DNA of 64,000 bases. Source: Octopus sinensis. Its lineage: Eukaryota. Location of the stretch: positions 56,420,001 to 56,484,000 of the forward strand of contig NC_043006.1 of NCBI RefSeq assembly GCF_006345805.1, written 5' to 3'. The notes below the pieces were generated by a model, which did not search any database, was not told the DNA's origin, and saw only the letters and a list, made by a program, of their open reading frames with translations. Every line of letters begins with the position of its first letter. The stretch's first letter is position 1. Both the position numbers and the translations under genes were made by a program. Shown here one piece after another: positions 11,372 to 24,075 of the stretch.

Positions 11372-12158
11372 TGTGTGTTGGTGTATTTCAGGCAACACAG
11401 TTAGCGTATAGTAAGATAACAGGGTAACGCCATCAGTGGGAGATGTTAGGAAGTAACGGAAGAGGGTGAAATAAACTAATTTAAATTAAACGTCAAGCAA
11501 TCAAAACGAGTTTTACCTAATCTTCGCTGTCACTCACCTACTGGTAGATTTTGATGTCTTTGTCAGAAATGGAACTGTAATTATATTTTAATCACTATTC
11601 TGATGTAATTCCTTTGGATACTTTCTGTTGACATATATTCAGTTCTTCCGATTTTTATCAGCCACCAATGTTCAGAAATAAATAAATGAGGGAACATACA
11701 GCTCGTTCAAATGTGCTCTTATTTTTACTTTCTTCTGATTGCCTTCTCTATTTTACTTCATTTTCTTAAAAGTGTATGACCACTGTTGCCGCTATCATTA
11801 TTATCGTTGCAGTAATTTCACATCTATATACATTCAGAGAGGATTATTTTCTTCTATACGTAGTCATTCTTCATGATGGTGTCTTTGTCGAAGTTATTCT
11901 TGTTATTTTGGTAAATGTTTCCAATGCTCGAAATATTTGCAGTTTCTTTAACCATCTCTGAAGGAGTAAGTTAGATAGAGCTATTTGGAAAATGTCATCA
12001 CCCGCCGTCACTACCGTAGCTATGTTGAAAGACATTGCTGCCATGAAGACTGAAGAAAATTAATAATAACAAATCTTTTTGTCTATCAAACTAGAGAATT
12101 CACGTGTATGTAGATATATACTTGTATATAAATGTATATGTATATATATATATACATA

Positions 12159-12213
<55 letters not shown>

Positions 12214-12221
12214 ATACACAC

Positions 12222-12253
<32 letters not shown>

Positions 12254-12518
12254 CATATATATGTGTACATATATGTGTATATATGTATAGATATATGTTT
12301 ATAAATATGTATGAATATATATATATATACATATACATATCAAGATACGTAGTTAGCTGTTCTCCTTATTCATTGCTGGAACAGCAACAGAATAAATACA
12401 AAAAATATTACATCAGAGAAAATAAAAGCGGGTGAGCAAATGCAATACACATCTTTACAAATGAAAATACTAAAAAACAATGGTCATGTAAACGGTGATT
12501 GTGTTTTCATCCGTTGTA

Positions 12519-13777
12519 TCAGGTGATTAAGATTGAAATGTTCGATTTTTGAGCTGTGAGTTTATTTTACTTTATCTCAACGAAAAGCAATGCAGTTAAT
12601 CAAAGTATTGACCTAAATTATCAACACAATTTTGCCATTTTATCGGTGGTTTGTCTATGCCGGCAGCGAAGAATTCTGGAGAGCAAGAGGTAATGAAATC
12701 ACGGAAGTCTGTTATTACATCTTCTCTTCAGATTTGAAGTTTTTTCCTTACTAGAGGTTGTCTGATGCCTGGAAAACGTGATAGTCAGTTGGTGCAAGGT
12801 CTGGTAAATATGATGGATGACAGAGTACTTCCAAGTTCAGTTCCTGTAACTTGAGTAGTGTTTTTTTGTGCAACATGTGGTCGGGCATTGTCTCGAAAGA
12901 GAATTTGCCTCTTTCTGTTGACCAATCTCGGTTGTTTAATTGCAAGTTCACTCATCATTTCATCCAATTGGTTGATATATACATCCGCTGAAATTGACTT
13001 TCCAGGTCTCATGAAGCTGCAATGAATGACACCACCGCTGGACCACCAAACAGACACCATTAGCTTTTTTGGTAAAACTTCTTTGGATTGTGCTTTGGCA
13101 GTTTGTATCCAACCACTGTGCAGAACGCTTACTATTATTCAAAAGAATCCATTTTTCATCACATGTAACAATACGATGCAAAAATGGTTCGCGACAACAA
13201 AGAACAGCAAGTTTCATGAAGACAGGTCATCTGATGCTCATTCAATTCGTGTGGTACCCACTTGTCAAGCTTCTTTACCTTTCAGATGGTCCAATACAGT
13301 TGGAATCGAAACATCAAACCTTGCTGCCAACTCACTCGCAGTTTGGGATGTAATCCGCCTCCGCTACAGTTTCCTGCTCATCATTATCCACCTTGGTCTC
13401 AGGTCAACCCTGGGTCTGATTTTCAAGAGTAAAGTCACCAGATGGGAACTTCTCTAACCATCGACATACACTGCGCTCATTCGCCACATATTCACCAAAC
13501 ACTTCATTAACGTTTCGAGCTATCTGAGATGCATTGGTACCACGATGGAACTCATATTCATAAACAACATGAATTTTTTATCGATCCATGGCTTCACAAA
13601 AATTGATTTACAAGAGAAAACTCACAATATAATCAGACATCATGAATTGCATTTCCAAAAGTGATGATGTAACTCTTCGATATAGTAAAACAAAATATTG
13701 TTAGGATAAAACAGTAGAATTAACAACTGCCAAGCTTGGTGCATAAGAAAATCGATATTTCATTCTTAATTACCTGT
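12519..13777 (-). mobile_element. Full-length but decayed mariner element
   Basis: Imperfect TIRs (TCAGGTGATTAAGATTGAAAT / ATTTCATTCTTAATTACCTGT) with TA target sites. Motifs WVPHELNE, IVTCDEKW, DNARPH, HPSYLPDLAPTDY and terminal YFD*. Frameshifted. Confidence 0.9.
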
Positions 13778-14099
13778 TATTTACAAGATACTAACCAAAT
13801 ATAGTAAGTCAACACCCTAACGATTTTGTGATCCTAATATTGGCTACAATTTTAGTAAAAAATATTGCTTATAATTTTAGTAATGTTTTCTTGCATATAC
13901 TCAATGCTTGAAGTTTTATTGAAGAGCAATTACTCGATAAACTTGATTCCAGAACTTGATTCCTCCCTAAGATTCAGTCCTTGCTACAATATTGTGCTTG
14001 TATGCTTTAAAGATGCTAAGACGTCAGCGGAGCACAACCTCCTGAGGGAGCTTTCCATACTGAGCAGATCAAAAGATAAAGATAAAACTAATATGAACC

Positions 14100-14425
14100 A
14101 CCTCTTTCCAGAGGTAAAAATAGGTTTCCGTAGTGCCATCACCCCTACATAAATAAAGCAAAGTTACAGAAGTATCGGTGACAATTCAAAACCTACAAGA
14201 CCTGGGATGGAAAGGTCTTCCCTCAAGAAAACATATGAACCTACAAGAGATGAGGGAAATATGACGCTCTAAAATAACTAGAGGCAAGATATTGAAGCAG
14301 AAATAAAAACGCAGGAATTCAACGCCAGAAAACGTGAAAAACAGCCCAAAGTCGAGAAGAGTGGGGAAGAGTTACCGATGGCCTATGTTCCATAGAGAGC
14401 AGAGAGTTTAAGTTATTAATTAATT
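14100..14425 (+). mobile_element. RTE-clade LINE 3' remnant
   Basis: 'TAQSREEWGRVTDGLCS'-type C-terminus followed by GGCCTATGTTCC...TTAAG and a short tandem tail. Confidence 0.5.
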
Positions 14426-16207
14426 AGTTAAGAAGCTGATTGATACTTTATTTTATTGATTCTAAACTATGGGTAAGTTAAATTGTAGGATTCTTGTAGT
14501 CAGAACGTAAACAACTTTCCTTAAGGACATTAGATCCGACTCTCTGCCAATGCTGCGACAACAACGATTATAATAATAGCTTTTAATTGCACAAAGTCAG
14601 TAGTCTTAAGGGGAGAAGTAAGTTGATTCCATCGATCCCAGTGTTTGACTGGAGAGATTTGATGTAAAGTTGAGCTCCGTGGACTTTGAACTCAAGAATG
14701 TCAAGTGTCAGAAGAAATATTCCTTTCTAATTTTAGGAAAAGACCTGAAATTTTGGGGAAGCTTTTAGCCAATTACATCGATCACTGCGCTCAACTTTTA
14801 TGAGGTTTGTTTTCCAACCACGTGGTTCCGGGTTTAGACCCACCGCGTAGCACCACGGGCAAGTACTTTCTACTATAGCAACGGACCAACCAAAGTCTAG
14901 TGAGTTGATTTGGTTGATGGAAACTGAGAGATGCTTAACGTATACATACATGCATGCTTACATACATACAGACAGACATACGTGTGTATGTGTGTGCGTG
15001 TATACACATGTGTGAATGTTTTTGTATACGCGTTTGTTCGACTAAACCCTTAAAAGCGGTGCCCCAGAATGTTCGCAGTCCAATGACCGAAACAAGTAAA
15101 AGACAAAATGCGTGTGTGTGTATTTTATGTATTTTTGTTATTTTGTGTGTACGCGCTTACATAATTGATAATAAAGAAACTTGTATTAAAATTTTCTGTT
15201 CAATATTAACTGATTATATGAAATATATCTTCTGAATCCTAGTCAACTGAATATTGCAATGACAACATATTTATAACTAAAATCTCATGCTTTTAATTAC
15301 AAAAGAAGAAATGGTAGTATACAACATGGTGTCCCAAAATGGCCGTAGCCAAATGATGGAGATTAAAAGTTGTAGGAAAATTATTATGCTTAATCCCTTT
15401 GTGTCTGGCGGAAAATAACACTGATCAATTAGATCCATCATCATAGATGTTCTAACCACGACCATCCCGATTTATTTCCAGAAACACTGCATCCCCGATT
15501 ATATAATTCAATGTAATTTTTTTTATAGTGAGCTTTGCATGTTTTTGTTAGAGATAGTCTGCTGTTCTTGTTAACCAGGTGAGACTTTTGATTTGATGAG
15601 TTTTCACATTTCATTTAATAGTGTTTGTCATGTTCAGACTATCAGTCACTAAGATTCTTTATGTACCATAGCTAAAGCCTTCTCAATCGTTTTGTTCTAG
15701 TCCAGCAAAATTAAACTGCTTACAATGAATTCCAATTACATCAGAAGCGTGCGTCTATTTCAAACAGTCTCAACAGTCAAAGGAAAAACAACAATTCTAA
15801 TATGGCTTTTATTGAATGGAAAATTAAGACATCGCTAAATGAATTAAAAATCGACGTTTCTGGAGAAGTTTGAAATCCGTAATAAAATTGATAATTTACT
15901 AGTAATTGAAAAGCAGCTTTCTCCAAATAGAAAATGTTAATATTATTGATTTTCATTGGTAATTATTCGTTACTTTAATATGAAATCTTGTCAACAAAAT
16001 TCTTTTCCACTCCAGTAATTCATTCTAAATTGTCCTGATCATACGGAATCAGGATTTTATTAAGACAGCTGTCTATGACACTTTCCGTTTCACTGTTAAG
16101 CCAATGGACAATAAATCGACGCTACAAAAATCAACAAGAAGAAATACACAAACACACAAACACATATATATTTGAGTGATAGCGTTTGCGCATGTTTGTG
16201 GTTGTTA

Positions 16208-16254
<47 letters not shown>

Positions 16255-16400
16255 AAATGTGTGTATATATTCTGTATAAAATACATGTATACAAAACTAT
16301 GGTAATCTCTCAAGCTTTACCTTTCTATATCTGTGCTGTCTGCTTTATTGTCTGTTTCTCTCTCTCTTTCTCTCCCCTCTTAGTATATGTGTGTGATATG

Positions 16401-16455
<55 letters not shown>

Positions 16456-17205
16456 ATATGTATGTGTGAGAGTGTATGTGTGTGTGTGTGTGTGTTGATA
16501 TTTGTTTTTTATGTTCAGTTACAGTAAAAGCAATTTGACACTAATCTCTATACTTTTGTAGAGTACAAATTTATAATCTTTAAACAAGAATATTATTGAT
16601 AGTGACTTCGAAGTTTCGGCTAATTAAACCATCAACGAAGGTATAATTTTGGCTTTTTATAGTATCTGTTGGGTTAATGTCTTTCTTGGGTAAGTGGGTT
16701 TGAATGAGGTGGTAATTAGGTTTTAGAATGGGTTGTTATGGAGTGGTGTTTGGGTGATTTTTTATTGATTGCATTTGTGGTTATGTTATTGTTTCGAATT
16801 TATTCCTGAATATAGAAATATGTAAGCAAGCATGAGTATTTAAGTGTGTCCTTTTTGGTAGGTAGGTAGGTATAAGATGTGTCAATAGTTTTAGTTATTT
16901 TTCGTTTTAACGGGTTTAATCCTTTACTTTGACAATGTACAGGCCAAAGGTACAAAGTTTAGTCCAGTATTTAAAAACATGGTAATTGGATGAGGCAACT
17001 TTTTGTAACAGTATTTTATAGGTTCAAAAGAAGGAAAGTAAGCGGTGTGTTTTAGCAAACCAGTTTCTTTATTTGTTCTTATTGTTATTTAGGGTATTTC
17101 TTGTTTTTATTTGGAAGGTGGAGGTTATCTGTCAGGCATGTCATGGCGTTGTTAGTATAGAAATTTGTTGATCTTGTGCTTTGCGTCTGTCTTTAGGTGC
17201 GATAT

Positions 17206-17367
17206 CTCGTCTGTCTTTACGTTCTGAATTCAAATTCCGCCGCGGTTGACTTTGCCTTTCATCATTTCGGGATCGATAAATTAAGTACCAGTTACGTACT
17301 GTAGTCGATCCAATCGACTGGCCTCTGCCCACAAAATTTCGGGCGTTGTTCTAGAGTAGAAAAGGAT
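17206..17367 (+). mobile_element. SINE family B, 5'-truncated
   Basis: TTCTGAATTCAAATTCCGCC...GCCTTTCATC...GATAAATTAAGTACCAG. Confidence 0.75.
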
Positions 17368-17899
17368 ATTTACTAAAAGATGTGGGTAGGTGTGAAGGTT
17401 TTTGGTCTGTGTGTTTCTCTCGAGGTGTTCATTGTTTTATAAGCAATTTGATTAGTATTTAGAAATTCTAACGCTTCTGTTTTATGGAGGCCGAGTTTTT
17501 GGGCTATGATTTTATAAATATTTCTTCAATTCTGTTTCAAACGTGAGTATTTTATAATATATTATTTTAGGCATCTTGATAAAAAAATATTCAATTGAAT
17601 TTTATTTTTATTCCCTATTTTATATATGAATATATACACACCTTTTATAATGACCCACTTTTGCATATACTTACTCGCACTTGAAAAACACTGTGGATAC
17701 TCGGAGTAAAGGGAAGCTCACAGAAGTTGTGACAAGGCTAACATCTAAATTATTAATGAGGTTACAAAATGGCATGTTAAAGCGATGACAAATATGTACA
17801 AGAATGTACCGTACATTGTCAACAGCTGAGAAGCCTGACTCGGGTTGAAGTCGACAACGATAATTTGCTACACTGGCTGAATCAAACCTGAGATTCAAA

Positions 17900-18590
17900 T
17901 ATTCTTGATTGCAGCGTATAATGGAAGGCTCTCCTACTAGAAACCAGGAAAAGCACTATACAGCAAGTACAACATGTATGGGAATAGATAAAAAACAATT
18001 AACTACGTGGTTTATGCTTACTTAGATGTTAATAGTATAGAATATATCTACAGATATGGGAGAATTGGGACTTGCATATACTGGAAAATATGCCAGCATT
18101 ATGAACTATCAACATCCACAAAGATGGTGATGCAAGCATCCACCAGAAAAGTACTTAAAAACGACAAAATGACCATACACAAGACGTTTCAGTACACAAG
18201 ACGGTGAGATCAAATCTAATCAACCAGATACGTTTATCGGAAACCACCAGGAAGAGAAACATCACCTAATGTAAGTATCTGGCACAAAACATGAGAATTT
18301 ATTTTCACAGAACTGGATAAATTATCGAGGTGGACAGAATCACCTGCAAACGAAACACTATTTAATCAAAGCATCTAACCAAACAGAGGATGTATATATT
18401 TCAAATACATTCAGTTCCAACATAAACTATGTATCCTTAAATTTGAAATTTGATATAAAGATCTAGAGATACAGAGTAACCGATATGTACAGAGCTCAAA
18501 TTAAAAGCAATCACTGTAATAATAGACGCCTTAGGAATGCCCAAAATGTTGCATACAAATACATAACAAAAACACAGGACTTACATAGAG
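17900..18590 (+). mobile_element. Decayed R4/Dong-like LINE 3' fragment
   Basis: 'YRYGRIGTCIYWKICQHYEL' and AAATACATAACAAAAACACAGGACTTACA are homologous to 20521-21477. Confidence 0.7.
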
Positions 18591-19185
18591 AATACCAAAC
18601 GAGTTCCCTATAGATACCGTATTTATTACAACGAGTGGCTTGTAAACGTATCTAACGAGCGAAAGCGAGTTAGATACGTTTACAAGCCACGAGTTATATG
18701 TAATAAATACGGTATCCATAGGGGATGAGTTTGGTATTTTATTTATTACACACGAATAAACGACCATATTTTAATCTTAACAAAATTATTCACCTTGATA
18801 TCGACAACAGTAGCCATCTTGTTGATAGATCTACCTGCACTGCAAGAGTATCGACGAGCAGACGAAATATGTTGTGATTTTTTTGGCAACAAAAAATTGA
18901 ATTACCACCAGAAATGTTTATATTTTATGTGTATATGACTTTAAGTGATATCTGGTATAAAAAAGATAGTATGTTTGTTTAATTACATGGCTACATTCTA
19001 CCTGCTCGTGAAAGTAATGAATGAAGTTTAGTTGTAACTTATGAATGACAAAAGTAGTGCCGTCACCGTGACCTCGGGTCATCACCATGGATTGACCAAT
19101 CAGAAGCAGCGCTCGCAGTATCTGGCATATGTTAGATACCAAAAATATCTCAAAGTGTTCTCACTCACATGTGTGTAATAAATAT
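18591..19185. mobile_element. Palindrome-headed non-autonomous DNA element
   Basis: ~150-bp hairpin 18591-18739 centred on GCGAAAGC; short inverted ends TTTATTACACA (18743) / TGTGTAATAAA (19172). Confidence 0.55.
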
Positions 19186-19517
19186 AAATATAACATATAG
19201 ATATACCACAATTACTTTTTCGAGTGTTTTGATATAGTAAAGACTACAAAACCAATGTAAACTGCACTCGATATTGCAGTGAAAGCAGTTAATAAAATAA
19301 TACTACGGAATAATGATAAGGATTGTGTTGATATTAATAATTAATAATGGTGGTGATGAACAGCAATAACAAGAATAAAAACAACAACATGAACAAAAAT
19401 TATGGTTTTAAATTTGAGCACAATGTTAGCAATTGGAGGCAGTTAGTAAGACACCAGTACTGAGCTGACACTTATTTTATCGACCCCGAAAGCATGAAAG
19501 GTAAAGTCGACCTCGGT

Positions 19518-19519
<2 letters not shown>

Positions 19520-19578
<59 letters not shown>

Positions 19579-19803
19579 GAAGAAGAAGAAGAAGAAGAAG
19601 AAGAAGAAGAAGAAGAAGAAGAAGAAGAGGAATGAGAAAAGGAAGAAAAAGAAGAAATAATTAAATAAATAAATCCGTCTGGGTTCTTTGTTGTTACTTG
19701 ATAAACAGTACAAACTCCCAGTAGTCACAATATCTTCGATCTACAACCTCATGATATTGTATACCGCTCGACTTCTATAATATCAATAATGATAATAATG
19801 ATG

Positions 19804-19867
<64 letters not shown>

Positions 19868-20029
19868 TAAACAATAACCATCAGAGCATCACAACAAATC
19901 ACAGCACATACCCAAGGCACACAGAGCAGCGCTCGGTAGTGAAGTGAAAGCACGCTATAAAAATAAAGCTATTGAATAATAATAATAATAATAATAATGA
20001 TAATAATGATAATAATAATAATAATAATA

Positions 20030-20077
<48 letters not shown>

Positions 20078-20319
20078 GAAGAAGAAGAAGAAGAAGAAGA
20101 AGAAGAAGAAGAATGAGAAAAGGAAGAAAAAGAAGAAATAATTAAATAAATAAATAAATAAATCCGTCTGGGTTCTTTGTTGTTACTTGATAAACAGTAC
20201 AAACTCCCAGTAGTCACAATATCTTCGATCTACAACCTCATGATATTGTATACCGTTCGACTTCTATAATATCAATAATGATAATAATGATGATAATAAT
20301 AATAATAATAATAATAATG

Positions 20320-20363
<44 letters not shown>

Positions 20364-20470
20364 GATAAACAATAACCATCAGAGCATCACAACAAATCAC
20401 AGCACATACCCAAGGCACACAGAGCAGCGCTCGGTAGTGAAGTGAAAGCACGCTATAAAAATAAAGCTAT
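19520..20470. repeat. Tandem duplication of a ~490-bp unit: (TAA)n-(GAA)n-unique-(TAA)n-LINE 3' tail
   Basis: The block at 19671 recurs at 20160. LINE tail AATAACCATCAGAGCATCAC...GCTATAAAAATAAA occurs at 19873 and 20371. Confidence 0.9.
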
Positions 20471-20504
<34 letters not shown>

Positions 20505-20520
20505 TAATAATGATAATAAG

Positions 20521-21477
20521 ATAGCGGCAAAACACGAGCAAAACAAAAAACTGTTCTCAGTATTTAAGGAAGCTGACAAATACAAACAAGAAATCATACC
20601 ACCTAATAAACATGAAGAAGAAGAAGAAGATGATGATGAAACAACAAAAGCTATAAAACAAATGAAATCCAAACTAAAAATAGAACAGCAACGAACCATG
20701 ATAAAACGATGGCAAGAAAAGCCCCTTCATGGTAAATACTGGACTAAACTAAACGCAAAAGAAATAGACAAAGAAAAATCCCAGCAATGGTTGAGAAGCT
20801 CAGGACTCAAAGCAGAAACAGAGGGATTTTTAATTACAGCACAAGACCAAAGCCTCCCCACCAGAAATTACCAAAAACATGTAATGAAAAGAAATATTAC
20901 AAGTAACTGCAGAATATGTGGAGATGGACAAGAAACAATAAATCATATTATCTCTAGCTGCCCAGTCCTGGCTAAGAAGGAATATATTCACAGACATGAC
21001 AGAGTTGGAACTTACATACATTGGAAGCTATGCCAACATTATGGAATAACAACAGAAAAAAGATGGTATAGGCACACACCAGAAAAGGTCACAGAAAACG
21101 AGAAAGCAACCATACTCTGGGATATGCCGATACACACAGATAGAGAAATTAAGGCCAACAGACCAGATATAGTTGTCAGAGACCATGAAGGAAAAAAATG
21201 CTTTCTAATTGATGTATCAGTACCGGCAGATGACAACGTGTCTCTAAAAGAAATGGAGAAACTCTCAAAATACAAAGACCTGGAAATAGAGGTAACTAGA
21301 ATGTGGAATCTGAAAACAGAAACAATTCCTATCATAGTAGGTGCATTAGGCATGATAAAAAAATATTCAGACAAATACATAACAAAAACACCAGGACTTA
21401 CAAACACATATAACATACAGAAAATTGCACTACTAGGCACTGCACACATCCTACGCAGAACACTTTCCATACAATAA
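20521..21477 (+). CDS. C-terminal part of an R4/Dong-like non-LTR retrotransposon ORF (CCHC knuckle plus restriction-like endonuclease); 5'-truncated, no RT domain
   Basis: Open frame with CRICGDGQETINHIISSC, RHD, RPDIV...LIDVSVP and K..KYKDL (PD-(D/E)xK). The poly-N start of the listed ORF is target (TAA)n. Confidence 0.9.
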   Translation: MAAKHEQNKKLFSVFKEADKYKQEIIPPNKHEEEEEDDDETTKAIKQMKSKLKIEQQRTMIKRWQEKPLHGKYWTKLNAKEIDKEKSQQWLRSSGLKAETEGFLITAQDQSLPTRNYQKHVMKRNITSNCRICGDGQETINHIISSCPVLAKKEYIHRHDRVGTYIHWKLCQHYGITTEKRWYRHTPEKVTENEKATILWDMPIHTDREIKANRPDIVVRDHEGKKCFLIDVSVPADDNVSLKEMEKLSKYKDLEIEVTRMWNLKTETIPIIVGALGMIKKYSDKYITKTPGLTNTYNIQKIALLGTAHILRRTLSIQ

Positions 21478-21576
21478 CCATCAGAGCATCACAACAAATC
21501 ACAGCACATACCCAGGCACACAGAGCTGCGCTCGGTAGTGAGGTGAAAGCACGCTATAAAAATAAAAATAAAACTA

Positions 21577-21580
<4 letters not shown>
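20521..21580 (+). mobile_element. Young 5'-truncated (TAA)n-targeted R4/Dong-like LINE
   Basis: Intact frame, ~100-nt 3' UTR ending ...CTACTG-(AAT)n; (TAA)n on both sides. Confidence 0.88.
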
Positions 21581-21625
<45 letters not shown>

Positions 21626-21656
21626 TAATAATAATAATAAATAATAATAATAATAA

Positions 21657-22013
21657 TAGCCCATCCCGCTCAAAAGGTCCCTGAATAAGGGTTGTTTAAG
21701 GATGTTGAAAGAACCACCCATGTTTCCAATTCACCTCTGGAAACATGGGTGGTTCTTTCAACATCCTTAAATAACCCTTATTCAGGGACCTTTTGAGCGG
21801 GATGGGCTACTCAACCTGAAGAAAATTTTGACTGGGTCCCACCTGCAAGGTCATGTGCTGTTTATCTTGATATGAGATCACAATGTCGCGTACATATGGT
21901 TGTGATGCATGTGCCTGGTGTACCCTTATCAGACGGGTAGTCATGATGGGTATATTGGGCTTCGTATATTTTACCCCAGTGTCACTTTGATGGCATGAAC
22001 TGCTCTCTCACTC

Positions 22014-22015
<2 letters not shown>
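21657..22015 (+). mobile_element. (TAA)n-targeted non-coding retroelement, 5'-truncated with a foldback inversion
   Basis: Arms 21657-21728 / 21738-21809. Body matches the reverse complement of 46699-46990. Ends CTCTCACTC-(AAT)n. Confidence 0.8.
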
Positions 22016-22064
<49 letters not shown>

Positions 22065-22109
22065 TGGTATTATTATTATTATTATCATCATCATCATCAT
22101 CATCTCTTT

Positions 22110-23460
22110 ATCATATGTTTTGTTGGAGCTCCTGGAGTCTTGCATGCGTAGCGAGCTTACTAACTACAGCCTACGGTACCAGGCTATTCGTTCTTTTCAG
22201 CTAATACTTTCCTGATTATTCTGGTCGTGCCAAGGAGGCAAACTTTTTGTAACACTTCAACTGGGCACTTCATTCTAATTTCTTCTATATTCCTCTTGAT
22301 GTCTTCTGATACTGTTTCCAAGGATCCAACAAGATTTGGCACCATCTCCACCTTCTTCATTTTCCACAACCGAGCTATTGCGTATTTAAGCGGGTTATAT
22401 ATGTCTATTCTTCAACTTCCTACTTGACTATTCGTGGGTTAAAAGGACATGCAGCATCAACTATATAGCATATGTGGTGCACCTTGTCCACCACCACTAG
22501 GTCCGGTCTGTTATGCGCTAGCACCTGATCTGTTTGGATTGGGAAATACCAGAGGATTTTGCCAGTCTCCGACTCCGCCACTCTCTGCGGTTTCTGCTCC
22601 TACCACGTCTTGCCTCTCTCTAGCCCCCAATTTTCGCACAGTTTCCAATGTAGCACTTTCTCTACCTGGTTGTGAAGCCACAACTTGTAGTGGTTTGGGC
22701 AAGTCTAGAGCATTCACTCGTGATATAGGCAATGGTTTCATCTACTCCATTGCAGATACAACACTGCAGAGACACTTGCTCATTCCTCAGATTGACTCTC
22801 CAGTTTGTGGTTAGAGCTTGGTCCTACGCTCCCAGTTTAGTGCTCTCGGTTTACTTTTTTTAGGTTTCTTTTCATCAGCCAATCCCACCTATTTTTCCAG
22901 CAACTTCTGTTGTGGCTACATGGAATTGAGTGTGCAATGCCTTGTTGCATAATTCTTTTTCATGCACATTTCGTACTTCTTCTTTTGTTTTTTGGGGGGT
23001 TTTTTTCTCTGCTCTCAATACTCCCTCGTTCCTAACTGTCACTAGCAAGGTTTCCTTACTTTGGGCTAGGTATTTCATTAAGCTCTCAAGTTCGATACTC
23101 ACGCAGTCTTCCACACTTATCAGCCCCCTCCCTCCATTTACTCTCTCCATGTATAGGTGATCAGTGTCTGCACGTGGATATTCGGTTCTATGCATCGTTA
23201 GGAGCTCTCTTGAGTTCCTGTACGTCTCCTTTATCTCCTTCTTTGCCCACCTCAGGATTCCAGAGCCGAACTACTACGACTGCGCGCGAGTTTATTGCCG
23301 AAATTATGTTTCTAGTATTCAGCTTTGCAGTCAATATTTTTCTCACTCGCCGCAGGTACTCTCTTTTTGTCTTTTTCCTTCATGTTGTGGTGTTTGATTC
23401 CATCTGCCTCAATTTATAACTGGATTGAGGTTGAATTGCATTCATCATTTCACCACTTGG
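22110..23460 (-). mobile_element. Decayed R4/Dong-like LINE (second subfamily), 3' half
   Basis: 'YPRADTDHLYMERVNGGRGLISVEDC' and 'KKVEMVPNLVGSL...LQKVCLLGTTRIIRKVL'; frameshifted; tail runs into (GAT)n/(AAT)n. Confidence 0.85.
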
Positions 23461-23519
23461 TAACCATATGCCTTCTGTCCTCGCAAGCTTTCTTCGTCTC
23501 AACACCATCGTAGCACAAA

Positions 23520-23918
23520 GGGGTTAAGTCGATTATATCGACCCCAATGCGTAACTGGTATTTATTTAATCGACCCCCGAAAGGATGCAAGGCAAAATCG
23601 ACCTCGGCGGAATTTTAACTCAGAACGTAACGGCAGATGAAATACCGCTGAGCATTTTGCCCGGCGTGCTAACGATTCTGCCAGCTCGCCGCCCTAATCA
23701 TTATTATTAATGCGGCGAGCTGGCAGAATTGTTAGCCCATCGGGCAAATTGCTTAGCGGTATTTCGTCCGTCTGTACATTCTAAGTTCAAATTCTGCCTA
23801 GGTCGACTTTATCTTTTATCTTTTCGAGGTCGGTAAAGTAAGTACCACTGGAGTACTGGGCTCGATCTAATTGACTTAACCCCGCCCACCAAGTTTCAGG
23901 ACTTGCGCCTTTAGTAGA
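23520..23918. mobile_element. Head-to-head pair of family B SINEs (23520-23694 minus; 23711-23918 plus)
   Basis: Both carry the GCGGCGAGCTGGCAGAA head and Meta-like core, in opposite orientations. Confidence 0.82.
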
Positions 23919-23919
23919 G

Positions 23920-23954
<35 letters not shown>

Positions 23955-24027
23955 CATTATTATTATCATCATCATCATCATCATCATTATTATTTTTATT
24001 ATTATATTATTATTATTATTATTATTA

Positions 24028-24075
<48 letters not shown>

